64,000 nt of DNA from an uncultured Muribaculaceae bacterium. Its GTDB lineage: Bacteria > Bacteroidota > Bacteroidia > Bacteroidales > UBA932. The stretch is from positions 3,600-67,599 of the forward strand of contig CAZSXE010000004.1 in the NCBI GenBank assembly GCA_964611185.1, given 5' to 3'. The position numbers and the translations under genes are program-made. Shown piece after piece: positions 8,573-17,220 of the stretch. Each line of letters begins with the position of its first letter. Position 1 is the first letter of the stretch. Below the pieces are notes generated by a model. The model did no database searches and was not told where the DNA came from. It was given only the letters and a program-made list of their open reading frames with translations.

Positions 8573-9373
8573 TTAATATATGAATGGGATAACTCTTTTC
8601 CTTTTAAGTTTAGTAAATTCTTCTCCGAATTCTTCGGTGTATTTGGCGTAGAGCGAGTTGGCTCGTGGCGCTAAGTTAGCGAATGTCCATATACAGAAAA
8701 TAACTCCGGGGATAGACCATGTAAGTATCGCAAAGCCGAACCACTCTGTAATTTCTCCAAAATAATTGGCTGAAGAGACATATTTAAACATACCTCCTTT
8801 CGGAATATAGTGCTTAGAATCACCCGGCTTACGAAGATGACGGATAATGTAATCGGAGCGAAGGTTGATTATCATTCCTAAAATGAAAATAATCGTACCT
8901 GAGATAAATTGTGGGGAATAGAGCCATTTAATAGTGTAAAATGGTTCTAATGTGTATGGCGGTATGGAATATAAATATAACCAACTACCTATCATATAGG
9001 CATTTGCGAGATTGAAAATCATACCCATTGCAATTATTGCAATAGGCATTCTGCTTTTACCTTTAATTAAGAAAGGAAAAATAAATGAGCGTTGAAAATA
9101 GTGTGTCAGAAAGATTACTGTAATAACTGTGACCGCTATCCCTGAATTAAGCCCACGCAATAGAAAGAATATGACCATTGCGATAAATACGGGAGCCTCC
9201 ATAATAATCCATCCCACCTTGTTGGGTATCGAAGGGCCCCATGAGGAGGTGCGAAGAAATCCATAGCCGGCTTTAAAATATTGAAGAGCTATATAAACAA
9301 TGACTGCAAGAATAGTCATTATTTCGAGTACAACTCTATATGTTAAAGGGAGGTTGAAAAAGTATTGTTCCAC
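8573..9373 (-). CDS. 3-oxo-5-alpha-steroid 4-dehydrogenase (SRD5A) family membrane reductase
   Basis: 266 aa, polytopic. LRKPGDSKHYIPKGGMFKYVSSANYFGEITEWFGFAILTWS is near-collinear with the human SRD5A1 C-terminal motif as recalled. Lies 6 nt upstream of the OYE gene. Confidence 0.85.
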   Translation of the reverse strand: MEQYFFNLPLTYRVVLEIMTILAVIVYIALQYFKAGYGFLRTSSWGPSIPNKVGWIIMEAPVFIAMVIFFLLRGLNSGIAVTVITVIFLTHYFQRSFIFPFLIKGKSRMPIAIIAMGMIFNLANAYMIGSWLYLYSIPPYTLEPFYTIKWLYSPQFISGTIIFILGMIINLRSDYIIRHLRKPGDSKHYIPKGGMFKYVSSANYFGEITEWFGFAILTWSIPGVIFCIWTFANLAPRANSLYAKYTEEFGEEFTKLKRKRVIPFIY

Positions 9374-9495
9374 TTTTTTAAGGTTTTAGTTTTATTATTG
9401 TTTGAAAAAATGTTGTTCTATTGTCTCTCGTTTTGCAGATATTTTGTAAATTTAACCATAAATTGAAAACAAATTGCAAATTTAAGAAAATTCCT

Positions 9496-9503
9496 TAACT
9501 TTG
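9496..9503 (+). promoter_or_regulatory. Bacteroidota sigma-A -7 box (TAACTTTG) for pyrG
   Basis: Matches TAnnTTTG, 36 nt upstream of the pyrG ATG. Confidence 0.5.
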
Positions 9504-9538
9504 TACCCCCGTAAGCTAATCTGTTAAAAGCATTATTT

Positions 9539-11155
9539 ATGTCAACAAAATATGTATTTGTTACGGGAGGAGTTACCTCTTCGTTAGGTAAAGGAATTAT
9601 TTCTGCATCCCTTGCGAAACTTCTTCAATCAAGAAATTTAAAAGTTACTATTCAGAAATTCGATCCTTATCTAAATGTCGATCCCGGTACTCTAAACCCT
9701 TATGAACACGGGGAATGTTATGTTACTGAAGATGGAGCCGAGACCGATTTGGATCTGGGGCATTATGAAAGATTTCTAAATGTTTATACTTCAAAAGCTA
9801 ATAATGTCACTACCGGTAAAATTTATCGTACAGTGATTGACAGGGAAAGAGAGGGGGCTTATCTTGGAAAGACTGTTCAGATAATTCCACATATCACTGA
9901 TGAAATTAAAAGGAGAATGCTCCTTTTGGGGAAGACCGGAAAGTATGATGTGATCATTACTGAATTAGGTGGAACAGTGGGTGATATAGAGTCGCTTCCT
10001 TATATAGAGGCCGTCCGTCAGCTTCAATGGGAACTTCCTGATAATGATTGTATGGTAGTCCATCTTACTCTCGTTCCATATTTGAGTGCTGCGAAGGAGT
10101 TAAAGACCAAACCCACCCAACATTCTGTTAAGCAGCTTCAGCAAAACGGAGTTCAGCCCAATGTTATAGTATGCCGTACAGAGCATCCCCTCACTTCTGA
10201 CTTAAAAAGAAAAGTGGCTTTGTTCTGTAATGTCAAGCCCAATGCAGTTATCGAATCCATTGATGCCAAAACCATATACGAAGTTCCTATATTGATGCAG
10301 AAAGAAAAACTTGATGAGATAGTCATTGAAAGGTTTGGGTTTAAGAATCTCCCTGCCCCTGATTTGGAAAGGTGGATGTCTTTTCTTGATAGGCTGCATA
10401 ATCCTAAGAGAAGTGTCAATATTGCCCTTGTGGGCAAATATGTAGAGCTTCAAGATGCATACAAGTCAATATTGGAGTCATTTATTCATGCCGGTGCATC
10501 TAATGAATGTAAAGTCAATGTTACTACTGTACACAGTGAATTTATAACAGATGAAAATATTGATGAGCAGTTAAAAGGGATGGACGGTATTTTAGTAGCT
10601 CCCGGTTTCGGAGAGAGAGGATTGGAGGGTAAAATCAAGGCTTGTAAATATGCAAGGGAGAATGGAGTGCCTTTTTTTGGTATATGCCTCGGAATGCAGA
10701 TGGCGGTAATAGAGTTTGCTCGTAATGTTTTAGGCCTTGATCAGGCCAATACTACAGAAGTGATGGCTAATGCCAAATATCCGGTTATAGATCTTATGGC
10801 AGATCAGAAGACTACTACTATTAAAGGTGGTACGATGAGGCTCGGAGCATATACCTGTGAGATAGAGAAAGGTACTCTTGCATACAGCATCTATGGGAGG
10901 ACCACTGTCAGAGAGCGTCATCGTCATCGCTATGAGCTTAATAATGAATATGTTGAAGCACTTGAAAAGGGTGGAATGAAGGCAAGTGGAAAAAATCCTG
11001 ACACAGGGCTTGTGGAGATAGTGGAGATACTAAATCATCCTTTTTTTATCGGAGTACAGTTCCATCCCGAATTAAAAAGCACCCCTGAAAATCCACAGCC
11101 GATATTTGTTGCATTTATTAAAGCAGCAATGAAATATCGAGGTGATAAAGAGTGA
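9539..11155 (+). CDS. pyrG: CTP synthase
   Basis: 538 aa. N-terminal YVFVTGGVTSSLGKGI. C-terminal glutamine amidotransferase motifs GICLGMQ and HRHRYE. Confidence 0.97.
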   Translation: MSTKYVFVTGGVTSSLGKGIISASLAKLLQSRNLKVTIQKFDPYLNVDPGTLNPYEHGECYVTEDGAETDLDLGHYERFLNVYTSKANNVTTGKIYRTVIDREREGAYLGKTVQIIPHITDEIKRRMLLLGKTGKYDVIITELGGTVGDIESLPYIEAVRQLQWELPDNDCMVVHLTLVPYLSAAKELKTKPTQHSVKQLQQNGVQPNVIVCRTEHPLTSDLKRKVALFCNVKPNAVIESIDAKTIYEVPILMQKEKLDEIVIERFGFKNLPAPDLERWMSFLDRLHNPKRSVNIALVGKYVELQDAYKSILESFIHAGASNECKVNVTTVHSEFITDENIDEQLKGMDGILVAPGFGERGLEGKIKACKYARENGVPFFGICLGMQMAVIEFARNVLGLDQANTTEVMANAKYPVIDLMADQKTTTIKGGTMRLGAYTCEIEKGTLAYSIYGRTTVRERHRHRYELNNEYVEALEKGGMKASGKNPDTGLVEIVEILNHPFFIGVQFHPELKSTPENPQPIFVAFIKAAMKYRGDKE

Positions 11156-11934
11156 TGAATAGCAAATCATTATATTGTCTTATATTGTTTTTTTTGGTGG
11201 GAGTACCTTTTTCTGCTTCTGCTCAGCGAGGTAATGTTAAGCTATATTCTGTGCAGGTAGAGAAATCTTTCCCTCACGACAGAGGTGCTTATACTCAGGG
11301 TTTATTCTTTTATGAGGGAGTATTATATGAGACCACAGGGCAGTATGGAGAGTCTTCGATAAGGAAGATTGATTATGAGAGTGGCGATGCATTGATTTAT
11401 ATTCCTGTTGATAGAAATTATTTTTTAGAGGGTTCCTGTGTCCTTAACGGGCAGATGTTTATTCTCACATGGAAAGAACATTTATGTTTTGTCTATGATA
11501 TTAATACCATGAAGCCTCTCGGAGTGTTAAGAAATTCCCGCGAGGGATGGGGTCTTACTACTGATGGTAATTCACTTATAATGAGTGACGGTTCGCATAA
11601 TATTTATTTTCTTGACAGTATGACATTTATGGAGAAGAAAAAGATAGAGGTTAAAATGGATGGGAAGAAAATATGGAATATTAATGAACTTGAATACATT
11701 GATGGTAAGATTTGGGCTAATGTCTATACTACTGATGTTATTTTGATTATCAATCCCGATTCAGGGGAAGTAGAGGGAAAAATCGACTGTAAAAATCTAC
11801 TTTCTGCAAATCTTAAGACTTATTCAACAGATGTTCTTAACGGTATTGCTTGGGATTCTAAAACAAAGTCCGTATATTTGACCGGCAAAAATTGGCCGCG
11901 ATTATACCGTATTTCTCTCAAAGAGAAGAGGTAA
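11152..11934 (+). CDS. glutaminyl-peptide cyclotransferase (beta-propeller, plant/bacterial type)
   Basis: 260 aa with a signal peptide (SASA|QRG). AYTQGLFFYEGVLYETTGQYGESS pattern of glutamine cyclotransferases. Start is GTG 11152 or ATG 11155, overlapping the pyrG TGA. Confidence 0.8.
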   Translation: MMNSKSLYCLILFFLVGVPFSASAQRGNVKLYSVQVEKSFPHDRGAYTQGLFFYEGVLYETTGQYGESSIRKIDYESGDALIYIPVDRNYFLEGSCVLNGQMFILTWKEHLCFVYDINTMKPLGVLRNSREGWGLTTDGNSLIMSDGSHNIYFLDSMTFMEKKKIEVKMDGKKIWNINELEYIDGKIWANVYTTDVILIINPDSGEVEGKIDCKNLLSANLKTYSTDVLNGIAWDSKTKSVYLTGKNWPRLYRISLKEKR

Positions 11935-11954
11935 TCGCTATTTATATTTTATTA

Positions 11955-12039
11955 ACTTGGGGGTGCTTGCTTAATAGTAAAGCTGAGATTATACCCGTAT
12001 TACCTGATGCAGATAATGCTGCCGAAGGGAGTAGTAAGT
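11955..12039 (+). promoter_or_regulatory. TPP (THI-box) riboswitch
   Basis: ACTT-GGGGTGC...GCTGAGATTATACCCGTATTACCTGATGCAGATAATGCTGCCGAAGGGA...AAGT. Conserved CTGAGA, ACCTGAT, GATAATGC and GGGA elements are present, with an ACTT/AAGT P1 helix. Confidence 0.85.
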
Positions 12040-12074
12040 CTCACACATAGTACATCCTCGCAAAAACAATAACA

Positions 12075-14282
12075 ATGAAAAAGTTATTTCTATTTTGCGG
12101 GTTTTTTATTTTTCCTTTTCTTGTATTGGCACAGGAAAAAGAACCCGTTATTCTCGACAGTGTGCTGGTAGAGGGGAACAGAGCCACGGTTAAAACGCCT
12201 GTTACCCATTCTACCATTTCAAAACAGATTATTCGCTCGGCGGCTCCTAACGCCTCTCTTCCTCTTCTTTTAGGGCTACAGCCATCTGTGGTGGCAGTTA
12301 CCGAAAGCGGTAGTGGACTTGGTTATACGCGTCTTTCAGTGAGGGGAAGCGATGCGTCAAGGACTAATGTGACATTGAACGGAGTGGCTATCAATGATGC
12401 CGAATCGCAAGAGGTTTTTTGGGTCAATATTCCCTCTCTTACCTCTTTTCTTGAATCTGTTCAGCTTCAGAGAGGTGTTGGTACTTCTGCCAACGGTTCG
12501 GGGGCTTTCGGCGCAAGTATCAATATGGAAACTTCATTTACCTCGCCCAAACCTCATTCGAGTGCCGAGATCTCATACGGTTCATATAATACGACTATTG
12601 CATCTGTGGGGGCGGGAAGCGGTTTGCTTCCAAGCGGACTCTCATTTGATATGAGGTATTCTTATAATACGACAGACGGTTATATAAGAAACGGTAAGGG
12701 GAAATTACATTCTGTTTTTGCCAATCTCGGTTATTTGAATGGCTCCAATTCTTTTAAGGTGATATACATAATGGGAGATCAGCATACGGGGATTACATGG
12801 GAGGGAATCTCGCGTGAAATGGTTGAAAAAGATAGGCGGAGTAACCCGGCCGGTGCTTATTATGATGCTGCCGGAAATATACACTACTATGATAATGAGA
12901 CAGATAATTATACTCAACATTATATTCAAGGATTTTATTCCCATTCTTTTTCACACGGACTTCTGTGGGTAAATACCTTAAATTATACCAAAGGATCGGG
13001 CTATTATGAGAATTACAAAGCTGACACCAAGTTTTCCAAGTACGGACTTGAACCTCAAATTATCGATGGCCAGACATATAAGAGAAGTGATTTTATAATA
13101 AGGCAAGCGATGGACAATGAGTATTATGTCGCATCTTCTACCCTTAAATATAATAGTACCAAAATAAGGGCATCGGCCGGTATTAATTATTCATATTATG
13201 ATGGTTTGCACTTTGGAGATGTTATTTGGTCGATGTATAATGAAAATATAGAGGATAATCATACATGGTATAAAAACAGAGGAGATAAATGGGAGGGAAG
13301 TATTTTTGCGAGGGGGGAGATAGATATTGATAAATTTACCCTTTTTGCTGATTTGCAGTATAGACATATTGATCTTAAAATGTCTGGTCCGGATAAAGAT
13401 TTTGCACCTCTCGATTATCATAAACCATATAATTTTTTTAACCCTAAAGGGGGCGTTTCTTTCTCGCTGAATGAAAATAATATGTTTTACGCTTCATTGG
13501 CGGTAGCCCATAAGGAGCCATCGAGGAGCGATATCAAGGAATCAATAAAATCCCTTTTGCAGGGGAGTGTCAAAGAGGAGAGATTGCTTGATTGGGAAAT
13601 TGGTTATAAGCTTTCAATGAAGAATTTCGCTCTCGGGGTTAACATCTATTTTATGGAGTATAAAAATCAACTCGTGGCTACAGGCAAGCTAAGCGATGTG
13701 GGGTATCAGATAAAGGAGAATATCCCCGATAGTTATAGAAGGGGGGTGGAATTGTGTGCAGGATGGGAAATTGCCAAGTGGATAAGATTAGATGGGAATG
13801 TTACTTTGAGTCTGAATAAAATTAAAAAATATACTGCTTATGTGGATGTGATGGATTCAGATTGGAATATTATCGGTCAGGATACCGAATATTACGAAAA
13901 AACGGATCTTAATATGTCTCCCTCTGTTGTGGGGATGGCTATGGCGACATTTATTCCTGTTAAAAATTTTAATATTTTCGCAAATGGGAAATATGTGGGA
14001 AAGCAATATTATGACAATACTTCTTCTCAGGAGAGATCTATACCTGCATATTTTGTTATGAATGGAGGTGCTTCATACGATTTCCCCCTTTATGGAAAAA
14101 AAGATAATTCCCCTTATTTAACTCTCTCTCTCTTTGTGAATAATGTTTTAAATAATAAATATCTCTCATCTGCTTGGGTTTACAGGGCAAATTTCAACGA
14201 TGGTTCCAAACCATACATCGAGGAGGGCTTTTTCCCGCAAGCTGAAACGAATTTTATAATTAAATTAGCTGTCAATTTTTGA
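12075..14282 (+). CDS. TonB-dependent outer-membrane receptor (thiamine-associated by riboswitch context)
   Basis: 735 aa. Signal peptide (VLA|QEK). Plug region LSVRGSDASRTNVTLNGVAIND. Long beta-barrel ending in F. Immediately downstream of the TPP riboswitch. Confidence 0.85.
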   Translation: MKKLFLFCGFFIFPFLVLAQEKEPVILDSVLVEGNRATVKTPVTHSTISKQIIRSAAPNASLPLLLGLQPSVVAVTESGSGLGYTRLSVRGSDASRTNVTLNGVAINDAESQEVFWVNIPSLTSFLESVQLQRGVGTSANGSGAFGASINMETSFTSPKPHSSAEISYGSYNTTIASVGAGSGLLPSGLSFDMRYSYNTTDGYIRNGKGKLHSVFANLGYLNGSNSFKVIYIMGDQHTGITWEGISREMVEKDRRSNPAGAYYDAAGNIHYYDNETDNYTQHYIQGFYSHSFSHGLLWVNTLNYTKGSGYYENYKADTKFSKYGLEPQIIDGQTYKRSDFIIRQAMDNEYYVASSTLKYNSTKIRASAGINYSYYDGLHFGDVIWSMYNENIEDNHTWYKNRGDKWEGSIFARGEIDIDKFTLFADLQYRHIDLKMSGPDKDFAPLDYHKPYNFFNPKGGVSFSLNENNMFYASLAVAHKEPSRSDIKESIKSLLQGSVKEERLLDWEIGYKLSMKNFALGVNIYFMEYKNQLVATGKLSDVGYQIKENIPDSYRRGVELCAGWEIAKWIRLDGNVTLSLNKIKKYTAYVDVMDSDWNIIGQDTEYYEKTDLNMSPSVVGMAMATFIPVKNFNIFANGKYVGKQYYDNTSSQERSIPAYFVMNGGASYDFPLYGKKDNSPYLTLSLFVNNVLNNKYLSSAWVYRANFNDGSKPYIEEGFFPQAETNFIIKLAVNF

Positions 14283-14285
14283 TAA

Positions 14286-14861
14286 ATGGAGTTAGCTGTC
14301 GAAATATTCGGTGTTGTCACGGGGTTGCTTTATTTGTTTTTTGAAATAAAGCATAGCAGGATGATGTGGTTCCTTGGTGTTTTCATGGCCGGAGCATATA
14401 TATATCTTTTTGCTGTCGAAGGTCTGTATGCCTCGATGTCATATCAGATTTATTATATGGCGGTGAGTATTTACGGTATTGTGAAATGGGGAAGAGATTC
14501 TCGTAAAATAGTGAATAAGGATGATGAAAAAAAGATAGTGGTAAATCACCTAAGCGGGAAAGAGGCTCTCGCCTCAATAGGGGTGACAATAGTGGTTTTT
14601 ATCATTATTTATTTTGTACTCGGTCTTTTCATCGGTGATTCCCAAAGGTTTCTCGATGCGACTGTGACGGTTTTATCGCTGTTGGCTACATATTGGCTGA
14701 GCAGATCATTTATTCAGCAATGGATAGTGTGGATTATCGTAAATGTATTGAGTATGGTATTGTATTTTAAACAAGGTTTATATCCTACTCTATTTTTATA
14801 CTCTTTATATACTATATTTGCATTTTACGGATATTACTATTGGAAGAAACATTTATATTAA
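14286..14861 (+). CDS. pnuT: PnuC-family transporter (PnuT-like thiamine transporter by context)
   Basis: 191 aa, about 7 TM, PnuC-like Trp-rich helices. Lies 3 nt after the riboswitch-controlled receptor. Confidence 0.75.
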   Translation: MELAVEIFGVVTGLLYLFFEIKHSRMMWFLGVFMAGAYIYLFAVEGLYASMSYQIYYMAVSIYGIVKWGRDSRKIVNKDDEKKIVVNHLSGKEALASIGVTIVVFIIIYFVLGLFIGDSQRFLDATVTVLSLLATYWLSRSFIQQWIVWIIVNVLSMVLYFKQGLYPTLFLYSLYTIFAFYGYYYWKKHLY

Positions 14862-14870
14862 AATAATTTG

Positions 14871-14878
14871 TACTTTTG
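14871..14878 (+). promoter_or_regulatory. -7 box (TACTTTTG) upstream of the kinase/murQ genes
   Basis: Matches TAnnTTTG, 42 nt upstream of ATG 14920. Confidence 0.45.
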
Positions 14879-14919
14879 CAGGATAAAATAATATTGTTTA
14901 CTAATACATTTTTAATATT

Positions 14920-15759
14920 ATGCTTCTTATAGCCGACAGCGGTTCTACAAAAGTTGATTGGAGAGCTATAATGGATGATGGTTCTGTTAAATCCATTGCA
15001 ACTGAGGGTATTAACCCCGTTTTTCAAACAAAAGATAAAATTCTTGAAATATTTAAAACTAAATTATTACCTGTTTTAGGTAATAAAGTCGAGACTGTTT
15101 TCTTTTATGGTGCGGGGGTAGTTTCTCCCGAAGTAAGTGGTGTACTTGCTTCTTGCTTCAAAGAGGTTTTTTCTACTTCTGTCTGTGAAGCAAAGAGTGA
15201 TGTTCTTGCTGCTGCCCGTGCATTGTGCGGACATAAACCGGGGATTGCGTGTATTTTGGGAACAGGTTCCAATTCTTGCTTTTATGACGGAAGTGATATT
15301 TCTAAAAATGTAAGGGCAGGTGGTTTTATACTTGGTGATGAAGCCAGTGGCGCTTATTTGGGAAAAAGACTTATTTCTGATTTTATCAAAGGATTGATGC
15401 CGAAAGAGATTGAAGAGGTGTTTGTACAGAGATATAATCTCGATTATATGAGTATTGTTAAAAAAGTTTACAAAGAACCACTTCCAAGTCGTTTCTTGGC
15501 CTCTTTTTCCCCTTTTTTGAATGAATTTAGGGATAATCAGTATGTTTATGACCTTCTTCGCAGTAGCTTTGATGAGTTCTTCAGAAGAAATATTATCCAT
15601 TATGATTATAAAAATTACGATGTGAATTTTGTCGGTTCTATTGCACATTATTACAGCTCTATTTTGGAAGCGAGTGCAAAATCGTTCGGGATGAAGGTTG
15701 GGAGGATATTAAAGGCACCTATTGAAGGATTAGTAGATTATCATAAAGAAATATTATAA
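14920..15759 (+). CDS. BadF/BadG/BcrA/BcrD-type sugar kinase (MurNAc/GlcNAc kinase-like)
   Basis: 279 aa. N-terminal LLIADSGSTKVDW and ILGTGSNSC ATPase motifs. Lies 4 nt upstream of murQ, as for murK-murQ in Tannerella. Confidence 0.7.
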   Translation: MLLIADSGSTKVDWRAIMDDGSVKSIATEGINPVFQTKDKILEIFKTKLLPVLGNKVETVFFYGAGVVSPEVSGVLASCFKEVFSTSVCEAKSDVLAAARALCGHKPGIACILGTGSNSCFYDGSDISKNVRAGGFILGDEASGAYLGKRLISDFIKGLMPKEIEEVFVQRYNLDYMSIVKKVYKEPLPSRFLASFSPFLNEFRDNQYVYDLLRSSFDEFFRRNIIHYDYKNYDVNFVGSIAHYYSSILEASAKSFGMKVGRILKAPIEGLVDYHKEIL

Positions 15760-15763
15760 AATT

Positions 15764-16582
15764 ATGAAAATAACCGAGCAAGTTTCCAAATATAATGATT
15801 TGGATAAGATGCCGACACGGGAACTTCTTGAAAATATGAACAGAGAAGATCATAAGGTCCCCGATGCGGTGGCAGAGTGTATTCCTCAGATAGAACTTCT
15901 TGTCGATAAACTTGTGGAGAGGATGAAAAAAGGGGGAAGGCTTTTCTATTTGGGTGCTGGAACCAGTGGAAGGCTCGGTATTTTGGATGCTTCAGAAATT
16001 CCTCCTACTTACGGTGCTCCTTACGATTTAGTGATTGGTCTCATTGCCGGAGGCGATAGAGCTATCAGAAAAGCTGTTGAGGATGCGGAAGACAGTTTAG
16101 AGGGGGGGTGGAACGATATGGCTCCATACTCGCCCAATGCCAACGATACAATAGTGGGAATAGCTGCCTCAGGGACAACACCCTACATTATCGGTGCGGT
16201 GAAAAAGTGTCGTGAGATGGGTCTTTTGACAGCATGTATAACTTGTAATCCGGGTGCACCGGTGGCTGAAGAGGTGGAAATACCCATTGTGGCTGTCGTA
16301 GGCCCTGAATTTGTTACCGGAAGTACGAGGATGAAATCCGGGACTGCTCAGAAATTGATTCTAAATATGATTTCCACATCGGCCATGATTCGTATGGGAC
16401 ATGTAAAAGGGAATAAGATGGTGGATATGCAGCTGACTAATGCCAAGCTGGTGGACAGAGGGACTAAGATGATCATGGGAGAAACCGGGATAAATGATTA
16501 TGACTATGCAAAATTTCTCTTGTTTCAACATCACTCTGTGAGAAATGCGGTAGATTATTATTTTTCAAATAACCCTAAATAA
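15764..16582 (+). CDS. murQ: N-acetylmuramic acid 6-phosphate etherase
   Basis: 272 aa SIS-domain protein with GAGTSGRLGILDASEIPPTYG and GSTRMKSGTAQK. Confidence 0.9.
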   Translation: MKITEQVSKYNDLDKMPTRELLENMNREDHKVPDAVAECIPQIELLVDKLVERMKKGGRLFYLGAGTSGRLGILDASEIPPTYGAPYDLVIGLIAGGDRAIRKAVEDAEDSLEGGWNDMAPYSPNANDTIVGIAASGTTPYIIGAVKKCREMGLLTACITCNPGAPVAEEVEIPIVAVVGPEFVTGSTRMKSGTAQKLILNMISTSAMIRMGHVKGNKMVDMQLTNAKLVDRGTKMIMGETGINDYDYAKFLLFQHHSVRNAVDYYFSNNPK

Positions 16583-16586
16583 TATA

Positions 16587-17207
16587 ATGGTAACGAGTGA
16601 AGCAGGAAATTCTCTTTTAAATGATGCTGTGGAGCAGTTGTCCTCACTTCCGGGGGTGGGCAAAAAGAGTGCCTTGCGCTTCGCCTTGCATCTGCTCAGG
16701 CAGCCGGAGGAAAATGTAAGGCGCTTTGGAAACTCCATTATTCAGCTAAGGGAGCAGACTAAATATTGCACCGTATGCAATATGATATCCGACCACGATG
16801 TTTGCCCGATTTGTTCTAATCCTCATCGTGACCACAGAACGATATGTGTTGTGGAGAGCCTCCGAGATGTTTTAAGCATCGAAGGGACTGAGGAGTATTC
16901 TGGGGTATATCATGTTTTGGGTGCCATTATCTCCCCTATGGACGGAATAGGTCCGAATGATTTACCGATCGCCTCTCTTGTGAGAAGAATAAAATCTGAT
17001 TCGGTAAAAGAGATAATTTTAGCTTTGAGTACCTCAATGGAGGGAGAAACAACCTCTTTTTATCTATACAAAATACTTTCTCCTTATGGAGTGCAGATTT
17101 CTACTATTGCGCGAGGTGTGGGATTCGGAGATGATCTCGAATATACCGACCAGCTGACTTTAGGGAAATCAATTATAAACAGACAACCTTTTTCACCCGA
17201 ATTATGA
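16587..17207 (+). CDS. recR: recombination protein RecR
   Basis: 206 aa. LPGVGKKSALRFALHLL helix-hairpin-helix, C4 zinc finger CTVCNMISDHDVCPIC, Toprim region. Confidence 0.95.
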   Translation: MVTSEAGNSLLNDAVEQLSSLPGVGKKSALRFALHLLRQPEENVRRFGNSIIQLREQTKYCTVCNMISDHDVCPICSNPHRDHRTICVVESLRDVLSIEGTEEYSGVYHVLGAIISPMDGIGPNDLPIASLVRRIKSDSVKEIILALSTSMEGETTSFYLYKILSPYGVQISTIARGVGFGDDLEYTDQLTLGKSIINRQPFSPEL

Positions 17208-17220
17208 TAATTTTTTAGTT

